The position numbers and the translations under genes are program-made. Below the pieces are notes generated by a model. The model was not told the origin of the DNA, did no database searches, and saw only the letters and a list, made by a program, of their open reading frames with translations. DNA of 64,000 bases from Eledone cirrhosa (taxonomy: Eukaryota). Location: positions 18,042,001 to 18,106,000 of the forward strand of contig OZ024766.1 of the NCBI GenBank assembly GCA_964016885.1, in the 5' to 3' direction. Positions 32,783 through 45,000 of the stretch are shown here, in pieces; within the stretch, counting starts at the first letter, position 1, and each line of letters starts with the position of its first letter.

Positions 32783-34030
32783 GTGGAACTGGGAGGTTTT
32801 TACCGTGTTACCTACACGGCCACATTATAGCGTGGACTGTGTGTTTTTTTTTGTCGTGACACCTACACGACCTCATTTGTTTAGGACTGGATGTTGTGGT
32901 ACCAACAGAACTTCACATTGAAAGGGGCGGTGTGGATGGAGTGGGGGTAGTGGGACGGGGGTGTATTTTTGTTAGAGGTGCCTACTGACTGTAGTAGGTT
33001 TCACTTTGTACTTAGGTAAGGCGGGTCTTCTGTATTACTGTGTAGCGCCAAAGATCTCGGTCCAGTGACATTGTCTTGGAGAGGTGTAAGTGTGTGAGGT
33101 CGGAATTTATCAAGTCGTCCCAGATTTTTCTGGGTCTGCCTACTCCGTGGCTACCGTCTATCTTTATTGCCCTGCACTTTTTTATACAGCTGTCGTCTTT
33201 CATGCGCATCACGTGGCCGTACCAACGTAGTCTTCTCTCGAGTAAACAACATCTGATCCCTCTTATTCCTAATTTCTCCCTTAGTTCGTTTATGCTTTGC
33301 CGTTCACGTATATTACTATTACACATCCAACGGAGCATGCAAGCTTCGTTCCTCTCTAGTCTGCATATATCCTCTGCACACAATGCCCAGATCTCACTGC
33401 CATGTAACATTGCTGTTCGTATGCAGGCATCATACAACCTGCCTTTCCTTTTTAGGGAGAACCCTTTAGCGGCTAATAGTGGTATAAGCTCTCTGAACTT
33501 TTTCCATCCAGTTCTGACTCTAGCTACTGTACTTTCAGAGCACCCTCCCCCACTGCTGATTTTGTCACCCAGGTAACGGAAGGTGTCCACTATTTCTATA
33601 GAACCATCTGTGCAATGGAATGAGCTAGTATCCTGTGGGCACTTGCTGCTAGTTCATTTATGCTTTGCCGTTCACGTATATTACTATTACACATCCAGTG
33701 GAGCATGCAAGCTTCGTTCCTCTCCAGTCTGCATATATCCTCAGCACACAATGCCCAGGTCCCACTGCCATGTAACATTGCTGTTCGTATGCAGGCATCA
33801 TACAACCTGCCTTTCATTTTTAGAGAGAACCCTTTAGCGGCTAATAGTGGTATAAGCTCTCTGAACTTTTTCCATCCCGTTCTAACTCTAGCTACTGTAC
33901 TTTCAGAGCACCCTCCACCACTGCTGATTTTGTCACCCAGGTAACGGAAGGTGTCCACTATTTCTATAGAACCCTCTGTGCAATGGAATGAGCTAGTATC
34001 CTGTGAGCACTTGCTGCTACTTATTGCACC
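32783..34030 (-). mobile_element. RTE-clade LINE 3' fragment with about 370-bp tandem duplication
   Basis: FRYLGDKIS...WKKFREL...[12 protein letters not shown]...GRPRKIW; ORF segments 33012-33590 and 33596-33958. Confidence 0.9.
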
Positions 34031-34059
34031 ATATATATATACTGTCCCCTCATGATGTA

Positions 34060-34713
34060 GTCATCATCATCATCATCATCATCACCGTTTTACGTCCGTT
34101 CTTCCACGCTAGCATGGGTTAGACGGGTTGTCCTGTTGTGTCTGGTCGGCTGACCATGCCTTGCTCATACAGGAACTGATCTGGCTTGATTTCTACAGCT
34201 GGATGCCCTTCCTAACACCAACCTCATTTACAGTGAGTGCTGGGTGCTTTTTCGTGGCGCCTACACGTCCACTTTACAGTGTGGGCTGGGTGCTTTTTTG
34301 CCGTGGCACCTCCACGACCACTTTACAGTGAGGGCTGGGTGCTTTTTTGCCGTGGCACCTCCACGACCACTTTACAGTGAGTGCTGGGTGCTTTTTTGCC
34401 GTGGCACCTCCACGACCACTTTACAGTGAGTGCTGGGTGCTTGTTTGCCGTGGCACCTCCACGACCTCTTTACAGTGAGTGCTGGGTGCTTGTTTGCTGT
34501 GGCACCTCTACGACCACTTTACAGTGAGTGCTGGGTGCTTGTTTGCCGTGGCACCTCCACGACCACTTTACAGTGAGTGCTGGGTGCTTTTTTGCCGTGG
34601 CACCTCCACGACCACTTTACAGTGAGTGCTGGGTGCTTTTTTGCCGTGGCACCTCCACGACCACTTTACAGTGAGTGCTGGGTGCTTTTTTGCCGTGGAA
34701 CCTCCACGACCAC
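34060..34713 (-). mobile_element. SINE-VNTR composite lacking its head, about 10 units
   Basis: (CAT)n tail, GGATGCCCTTCC motif, 49-bp array. Confidence 0.75.
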
Positions 34714-34824
34714 CTTGCGGTGGGGGCATATTGTTTATATGTAATATATGTTTATCTCTTTATTCCACAGTATATATATTGATGAGAGACGGTGACCCTG
34801 AGAGAAGTAAAGGAAGCATCTAAA

Positions 34825-34914
34825 ATGTCGCAGTTCTCCTTTCCCGTGCTGAGCTTAGATGAGGTCTTGGATAGTTTGGACTTTGTTAAGAAGTCCGATT
34901 ATGAAAAGCCTGAG
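34825..34914 (+). CDS. NUF2: NUF2 coding exon 1 ([30 protein letters not shown])
   Basis: Acceptor ttccacag at 34770, aaaATG, donor gag/gtagct. Confidence 0.85.
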
Positions 34915-35995
34915 GTAGCTATGTCATCATCATCATCATCATTACTTTAACTAAGAACGTAAAGGGCCGTAACTCTATGCTGCAAAGCACGACGTCTGAT
35001 CTGACGCTCTACTGATTCTGCCAATCCAAAACATTAACAAGGCCAGCAATTACCCCAGTGTATTACTGGTACTTTATTTTATCAACCCTGTAATAACTGT
35101 TTCTACTTTTGGGGGGCACAAGGCCAGCAATTACCCCAGTGTATTACTGGTACTTTATTTTACTGACCCCGTAATAGCTGTTTCTACTTTAGGGGGCACA
35201 AGGCCAGCAATTACTCCAGTGTATTACTGGTACTTTATTTTATCGACCCTGTAATAACTGTTTCTACTTTTAGGGAGCACAAGGCCAGCAATTACCTCAG
35301 TGTATTACTGGTACTTTATTTTATTGACCCCTTAATAACTGTTTCTACTTTTGGGGGCACAAGGCCAGCAATTACCCCAGTGTATTACTGGTACTTTATT
35401 TTATCAACCCTGTAGTAACTGTTTCTAGTTTAGGCACAAGGCCAGCAATTACCTCAGTGTATTACTGGTACTTTATTTTACTGACCCCGTAATAGCTGTT
35501 TCTACTTTTAGGGGACACAGGGCCAGCAATTACCCCAGTGTATTACTGGTACTTTATTTTACCAACCCCCGTAATAACTGTTGGCAAAGTTAACCTAGGC
35601 AGGATTTGAAATCAGGATGGAAAGGGCCATAACTCTATGCCACAAAAAACGCTGTCCGATGCTCTACAGCCCTAATAATAATAATAATAATAATAATAAT
35701 GATATTTGTTGGCAAAGTTAACCTAGGCAGGATTTGAAATCAGGATGGAAAGGGCCATAACTCTATGCCACAAAAAACGTTGTCCGATGCTCTACAGCCC
35801 TAATAATAATAATAATGATGATGATATTTGTCGTTTCAGTGTCAGCGCTGGTTCAAGATTTATTCTATAATGTTCCAATCCATCACTGGAGTACGATTAG
35901 ACTCTATAGAGGGTGTAAGTATGAATCTCTGACCAGCTAAGCCTGCTACACCAACCACATCCACCTACCTCTTCTCTCTTTCTGTCTTTCTCTAT

Positions 35996-36041
<46 letters not shown>

Positions 36042-39000
36042 CCTAACCCTAACCCCTGCTACACCAGTCACCTACCTCTTCTGTCCCTCTCTATACACAT
36101 ACACATATATAAAGCCTTGCATCCTCTCTCTCTCTCTACACACACACGTTTATTATATATATATTACTAGCAGTGGTACCCGGCGTTGCACGGGATAAGG
36201 TATTTTGGAACGCGGGCCGCCATCAGACCTAATCGTGGAAGAACTACATGCCTGTCATGTTTATTATATATATATTACTAGCAGTGGTACCCGGCGTTGC
36301 ACGGGATAAGGTATTTTGGAACGCGGGCCGCCAACAGACCAAATCGTGGAAGAACTGCATGTAAAGAAAATAAACTGAATACTCTGATGGCTGGATAATC
36401 TTTAAGATTTTCCTCGATGAAGCAGGAAAAATGCAGGTTTTCACCTAATGCGGGCCCTAGGGGATCAAGAAAATGAATTTTTTTTATGTGCATAATATGT
36501 CTTGAAATCTCAGGAAAATCTGCTAGATGTACGGCCTCAAAAAAACCTTAAAAAGCTGAAAAAATGAAGTTTATCACCTAAAGCGAGCCCTAGGCCATAA
36601 AAAAGTTGGATTTTCTTTCCTCACAGTATGAAGAAGAGACTGACTAATACATAGTTACAATTTCAAGGAAATCGGTCTGGCGTAACGCCTCAAAAGACCC
36701 CTAAAAACCTGAAAAAAGTTTTTCACCTAATGCGGGCCCTAGGGGGATCAAATAGTTGAATTTTTTTATGTAAATGACAAGATATGATGCCTATTCACAA
36801 AATTCCAGCAAATTTCAATAATATTAAGACACCCTAATGGGGTTTAAACCCCCTATTGTGAAAATTTGGGCCAATAAATGGAACAAGATTTCACAAACTC
36901 CTATAGTTTTGGAGATAGACCCTCCCATAACTATATATATTCTGAAACTACATTGCTCAGAGTACTTGAATAACTATATTTCATTTTAATCAAAGGGTCC
37001 CCGGGGGGCACAAACCCCCGCTGAAAACTTTTTCCCTTTGATTTATATGAACTTTAAACCATAAGTAGATGACAACATATGGTGCCTATTCACAAAATTC
37101 CAGCAAATTTCAATAATATTAAGACACCCTAATGGGGGTTAAACCCCCTATTGTGAAAATTTGGGCCAATAAATGGAACAAGATTTCACAAACTCCTCCT
37201 ATGGTTTTGGAGATAAACCCCCCCATAACCATATATATTCTGAAACTACATTCACCAGGGTACTTGGATAAGTATATTTCATTTTAATCAAATAATTTTA
37301 TTCAAAATATCAATTCAAACACAAGTCCTCTCCTATATATAATACTAACAACTGGTAAGATAAGTCCTCTCCTATATATAATACTAACAACTGGTAAGAT
37401 AAGTCCTCTCCTATATATAATACTAACAACTGGTAAGATAAGTCCTCTCCTATATATAATACTAATAACTGGTAAGATAAGTCCTCTCCTATATATAATA
37501 CTAACAACTGGTAAGATAAGTCCTCTCCTATATATAATACTAACAACTGGTAAGATAAGTCCTCTCCTATATATAATACTAACAACTGGTAAGATAAGTC
37601 CTCTCCTATATATAATACTAACAACTGGTAAGATAAGTCCTCTCCTATATATAATACTAACAACTGGTAAGATAAGTCCTCTCCTATATGATACTAACCA
37701 ATGTAAGATAAGTCCTCTCCTATATATAATACTAACAACTGGTAAGATAAGTCCTCTCCTATATATAATACTAACAACTGGTAAGATAAGTCCTCTCCTA
37801 TATGATACTAACCAATGTAAGATAAGTCCTCTCCTATATATAATACTAACAACTGGTAAGATAAGTCCTCTCCTATATGATACTAACCAATGTAAGGTAA
37901 GTCCTCTCCTATATATAATACTAACAACTGGTAAGATAAGTCCTCTCCTATATGATACTAACCAATGTAAGATAAGTCCTCTCCTATATATAATACTAAC
38001 AACTGGTAAGATAAGTCCTCTCCTATATGATACTAACCAATGTAAGATAAGTCCTCTCCTATATGATACTAACCAATGTAAGATAAGTCCTCTCCTATAT
38101 GATACTAACCAATGTAAGATAAGTCCTCTCCTATATGATACTAACCAATGTAAGATAAGTCCTCTCCTATATGATACTAACCAATGTAAGATAAGTCCTC
38201 TCCTATATGATACTAACCAATGTAAGATAAGTCCTCTCCTATATGATACTAACCAATGTAAGATAAGTCCTCTCCTATATGATACTAACCAATGTAAGAT
38301 AAGTCCTCTCCTATATGATACTAACCAATGTAAGATAAGTCCTCTCCTATATGATACTAACCAATGTAAGATAAGTCCTCTCCTATATGATACTAACCAA
38401 TGTAAGATAAGTCCTCTCCTATATGATACTAACCAATGTAAGATAAGTCCTCTCCTATATGATACTAACCAATGTAAGGTAAGTCCTCTCCTATATATAA
38501 TACTAAGAACTGGTAAGATAAGTCCTCTCCTATATATAATACTAACAACTGGTAAGATAAGTCCTCTCCTATATGATACTAACCAATGTAAGATAAGTCC
38601 TCTCCTATATGATACTAACCAATGTAAGATAAGTCCTCTCCTATATGATACTAACCAATGTAAGATAAGTCCTCTCCTATATGATACTAACCAATGTAAG
38701 ATAAGTCCTCTCCTATATGATACTAACCAATGTAAGATAAGTCCTCTCCTATATGATACTAACCAATGTAAGATAAGTCCTCTCCTATATGATACTAACC
38801 AATGTAAGATAAGTCCTCTCCTATATGATACTAACCAATGTAAGATAAGTCCTCTCCTATATGATACTAACCAATGTAAGATAAGTCCTCTCCTATATGA
38901 TACTAACCAATGTAAGATAAGTCCTCTCCTATATGATACTAACCAATGTAAGATAAGTCCTCTCCTATATGATACTAACCAATGTAAGGTAAGTCCTCTC

Positions 39001-42000
39001 CTATATATAATACTAAGAACTGGTAAGATAAGTCCTCTCCTATATATAATACTAACAACTGGTAAGGTAAGTCCTCTCCTATATATAATACTAACAACTG
39101 GTAAGATAAGTCCTCTCCTATATATAATACTAACAACTGGTAAGATAAGTCCTCTCCTATATATAATACTAACAACTGGTAAGGTAAGTCCTCTCCTATA
39201 TATAATACTAACAACTGGTAAGATAAGTCCTCTCCTATATATAATACTAACAACTGGTAAGGTAAGTCCTCTCCTATATATAATACTAAGAACTGGTAAG
39301 GTATGTCCTCCCCTATAGGCATCATATCTTGTGGTTAACCTATGGTTTAAATTTCATATAAATCGAAGGGAAAACATTTTCAGCGGGGCTTTGTGCCTCT
39401 GGGGAACCCTTTGCTTAAAATGAAGTATAGTTATCCAAGTACCCTGAACAATGTAGTTTCAGAATATATATGGTTATGGGGGGGGTCTATCTCCAAAATC
39501 ATAGGAGGAGTTTGTGAACAGACAAACAGGAACTACAACTTTATATCATCATCGTCATCGTTTAATCTCCATCTTCCACGCTTACATGGGTTTGGTCGAG
39601 AGTTTTCCCACTTGAGGCAAGAGTGGTTGTCCTGCTCGCATAGGACTGTCTGGCGGGTTTTCTACGGCTGGATGCCCTTCCTAACACCAACCACGTTTAC
39701 AGTGTGGACTGGGAGGTTTTTACCGTGTTACCTACACAGCCACATTACAGCGTGGACTGTGTTTTTTTGTCGTGACACCTACATGTCTGGCGGGTTTTCT
39801 ACGGCTGGGTGCCCTTCCTAACACCAACCACGTTTACAGTGTGGAACTGGGAGGTTTTTACCGTGTTACCTACACGGCCACATTACAGCGTGGACTGTGT
39901 TTTATTGTCGTGACACCTACACGTCTGGCGGGTTTTCTACGGCTGGGTGCCCTTCCTAACACCAACCACGTTTACAGTGTGGAACTGGGAGGTTTTTACC
40001 GTGTTACCTACACGGCCACATTACAGCGTGGACTGTGTGTTTTATTGTCGTGACACCTACACGTCTGGCGGGTTTTCTACGGCTGGGTGCCCTTCCTAAC
40101 ACCAACCACGTTTACAGTGTGGAACTGGGAGGTTTTTACCGTGTTACCTACACGGCCACATTACAGCGTGGACTGTGTGTTTTATTGTCGTGACACCTAC
40201 ACGTCTGGCGGGTTTTCTACGGCTGGGTGCCCTTCCTAACACCAACCACGTTTACAGTGTGGAACTGGGAGGTTTTTACCGTGTTACCTACACGGCCACA
40301 TTACAGCGTGGACTGTGTGTTTATTTGTCGTGACACCTACACGACCTCATTTGTTTCGGCCTGGATGGCGCGGCACCAACATAACTTTACATTGAAAGGG
40401 GTGGTGTGGATGGGGTGGGGGTAGTGTGGACGGGGGTGTATTTTATTAGAGGTGCCTACTGACTGTGGTAGGTTTAACTTTGTACTTAGGCAAGGCGGGT
40501 CTTCTCTATTACTGAGTACCGCCAAAGATCTCGGTCCAGTGACATTGTCTTGGAGAGGTGTAAGTGTGTGAGGTCGGAATTTATCAAGTCGTCCCAGGTT
40601 TTTCTGGGTCTGCCTATTCCGTGGCTACCGTCTATCTTTATTGCCCTGCACTTTTTTATGCAGCTGTCGTCTTTCATGCGCATCACGTGGCCATACCAAC
40701 GTAGCCTTCTCTCGAGTAAACAACATCTGACCCCTCTTATTTCTAATTTCTCCCTTAGTTCGTTTATGCTTTGCCATTCACGTATATTACTATTACACAT
40801 CCACGTATATTACTATTACACATTTATATCATCATCATCATCATCATCAGGTTTAGCGTCCGTGTTCCACGCTTGCATGGGTTTGGACGGGGGTTTTCCC
40901 ACTTGAGGCAAGAGTGGTTGTCTTGCTCGCATAGGACTGTCTGGCGGGTTTTCTACGACTGGATGCCCTTTCTAACACCAACCACGTTTACAGTGTGGAC
41001 TGGGAGGTTTTTACCGTATTACCTACATGGCCACATTACAGCGTGAACTGTGTGTTTATTTGTCGTGACACCTACACGACCTCATTTGTTTCGGCCTGGA
41101 TGGCGCGGCACCAACATAACTTTACATTGAATGGGGTGGGGGTGGTGTGGACGGGGGTGTATTTTATTAGAGGTGCCTACTGACTGTGGTAGGTTTAACT
41201 TTGTACTTAGGCAAGGCGGGGCCTTCTCTATTACTGAGTACCGCCAAAGATCTCGGTCCAGTGACATTGTCTTGGAGAGGTGTAAGTGTGTGAGGTCGGA
41301 ATTTATCAAGTCGTCCCAGGTTTTTCTGGGTCTGCCTACTCCGTGGCTACCGTCTATCTTTATTGCCCTGCACTTTTTTATGCAGCTGTCGTCTTTCATG
41401 CGCATCACGTGACCATACCAACGTAGTCTTCTCTCGAGTAAACAGCATCTGATCCCTCTTATTCCTAATTTCTCCCTTAGTTCGTTTATGCTTTGCCATT
41501 CACGTATATTACTATTACACATCCACGTATATTACTATTACACATTTATATATATAGATATATACGACAAACAAACATACACATACCCTCTGACCCTCTC
41601 TCTTTTTACACACAGAGGGCGCTGCTGTCTTTCGCCAAAAACATGGACTATGAGAATCCCGAGCTCTTTGATGATGCCAGTCGGAAAATCTGGTTCACCC
41701 TTGCATTGTAAGTATTTTTAAAACGTTGTAAACTATAGGGTTTCTCTTAACTAAGTCATTAATTTATAGATCAACTCTATCAAATGGTAGTGTTGGTGAC
41801 ATGATGTAATACACCCAGTACACTCTGTAAAGTGGTAGTGTTGGTGTCATGATATAATACACCCAGTACACTCTGTAAAGTGGTAGTGTTGGTGACATGA
41901 TATAATACACCCAGTACACTCTGTAAAGTGGTAGTGTTGGTGACATGATGTAATACACCCAGTACACTCTGTAAAGTGGTAGTGTTGGTGACATGATATA

Positions 42001-45000
42001 ATACACCCAGTACACTCTGTAAAGTGGTAGTGTTGGTGACATGATGTAATACACCCAGTACACTCTGTAAAGTGGTAGTGTTGGTGTCATGATATAATAC
42101 ACCCAGTACACTCTGTAAAGTGGTAGTGTTGGTGTCATGATATAATACACCCAGTACACTCTGTAAAGTGGTAGTGTTGGTGACATGATGTAATACACCC
42201 AGTACACTCTGTAAAGTGGTAGTGTTGGTGTCATGATATAATACACCCAGTACACTCTGTAAAGTGGTAGTGTTGGTGACATGATGTAATACACCCAGTA
42301 CACTCTGTAAAGTGGTAGTGTTGGTGTCATGATATAATACACCCAGTACACTCTGTACAGTGGTAGTGTTGGTGTCATGATATAATACACCCAGTACACT
42401 CTGTAAAATGGTAGTGTTGGTGACATGATATAATACACGCAGTACACTCTGTACAGTGGTAGTGTTGGTGTCATGATATAATACACCCAGTACACTCTGT
42501 ACAGTGGTAGTGTTGGTGTCATGATATAATACACCTAGTACACTCTGTAAAGTGGTAGTGCTGGTGTCATGATATAATACACCCAGTACACTCTGTAAAG
42601 TGGTAGTGGTGGTGTCATGATATGATACACCCAGTACACTCTGTAAAGTGGTAGTGCTGGTGTCATGATATGATACACCCAGTACACTCTGTAAAGTGGT
42701 AGTGTTGGTGTCATGATGTAATACACCCAGTACACTCTGTAAAGTTGTAGTGTTGGTGTCATGATAAGATACACCCAGTACACTCTGTAAAGTGGTAGTG
42801 TTGGTGTCATGATAAAATACACCCAGTACACTCTGTAAAGTGGTAGTGTTGGTGTCATGATATAATACACCCAGTACACTCTGTACAGTGGTAGTGTTGG
42901 TGTCATGATATAATACACCCAGTACACTCTGTAAAGTGGTAGTGTTGGTGACATGATAAAATACACCCAGTACACTCTGTAAAGTGGTAGTGTTGGTGTC
43001 ATAAGATACACCCAGTACACTCTGTAAAGTGGTAGTGTTGGTGTCATGATATAATACACCCAGTACACTCTGTAAAGTGGTAGTGTTGGTGTCATGATAT
43101 AATACACCCAGTACACTCTGTAAAGTGGTAGTGTTGGTGTCATGATATAATACACCCAGTACACTCTGTAAAGTGGTAGTGTTGGTGTCATGATATAATA
43201 CACCCAGTACACTCTGTAAAGTGGTAGTGTTGGTGACATGATGTAATACACCCAGTACACTCTGTAAAGTGGTAGTGTTGGTGTCATGATATAATACACC
43301 CAGTACACTCTGTAAAGTGGTAGTGTTGGTGTCATGATATAATACACCCAGTACACTCTGTAAAGTGGTAGTGTTGGTGTCATAAGATACACCCAGTACA
43401 CTCTGTAAAGTGGTAGTGTTGGTGTCATGATATAATACACCCAGTACACTCTGTAAAGTGGTAGTGTTGGTGTCATAAGATACACCCAGTACACTCTGTA
43501 TAGTGGTAGTGTTGGTGACATGATGTAATACACCCAGTACACTCTGTAAAGTGGTAGTGTTGGTGTCATGATATAATACACCCAGTACACTCTGTAAAGT
43601 GGTAGTGTTGGTGTCATAAGATACACCCAGTACACTCTGTAAAGTGGTAGTGTTGGTGACATGATAAAATACACCCAGTACACTCTGTATATATGTGTGT
43701 TCTCTTCAACAGGCAGCGAGCGTTCATCACGTGCGGAGTGCAAGACTTTACGTTCAAGGATGTCAGAGACCCTCGTAAGTATGGCCCCGTTATATATACA
43801 CACACATATATACATCTATATATATATAGAGAGGCACATGGCTTAGGGTTAGAGCATTGGCCTTGCAATCGAAAGGTTGTGAGTTCAATTCTCAGCCCGG
43901 GTGATGTGTTGTTTCCTTGAGCAAGACACTTTATTTCACATTGCTCCAGTTTACTCAGCTGTAGAAATGAGATGATAGGGACTGGGGTCCCTATCATTCC
44001 ACTGCAAAGTGGTCGTGGAGGTGCCACTGCAAAAAAGCACCCAGCACTCACTGTAAAGTGGTCGTGGAGGTGCCACAGCAAAAAAGCACCCAGCACTCAC
44101 TGTAAAGTGGTCGTGGAGGTGCCACGGCAAAAAAGCACCCAGCACTCACTGTAGAGTGGTCGTGGAGGTGCCACGGCAAAAAAACACCCAGCACTCACTG
44201 TAAAGTGGTCGTGGAGGTGCCACGGCAAAAAAGCACCCAGCACTCACTGTAAAGTGGTCGTGGAGGTGCCACGGCAGAAAAAGCACCCAGCACTCACTGT
44301 AAAGTGGTCGTGGAGGTGCCACGACAAAAAAGCACCCAGCACTCACTGTAAAGTGGTGATGGAGGTGCCACAGCAAAAAAGCACCCAGCCCTCACTGTAA
44401 AGCGGTCGTGGAGGTGCCACGGCAAAAAAGCACCCAGCACTCACTGTAGAGTGGTCGTGGAGGTGCCACGGCAAAAAAACACCCAGCACTCACTGTAAAG
44501 TGGTCGTGGAGGTGTCACAACAAAAAGCACCCAGCACTCACTGTAAATGAGGTTTGTATTAGGAAGGGCATCCAGCTGTAGAAATCAGCCAGAATCAGTT
44601 CCCGTCCCACCCTATGGTTGTTCACGCACATTGACACTGCACATCCAACGGAGCATGCTTGCCTCATTTCTCTCCAGCCGTCGCATATCTTCCACAGTTG
44701 CTGCCCATGTCTCACTACCATACAGCATCACACACCTCACACAGGCATCATATAACCGGCCTTTCGTACGCAGTATATATATATATCTGAAGTTTTCTTC
44801 TCATCTCAGGTCCCAAGAGATTACTGGTTATCAGCAGTGCCTGTATCAATTTTCTCCGCTTCAAGGCAAGCCAAGAATCCCTAATTCAAGATGTTCTCGA
44901 GAAGAGGGTAAGTACAGGCCTAGGGTTATACGTTAACTATGATACATTCTATATATATGGTGGTGGCTGACAACTCGTTTTCGAGTATGGCCAATACTTT

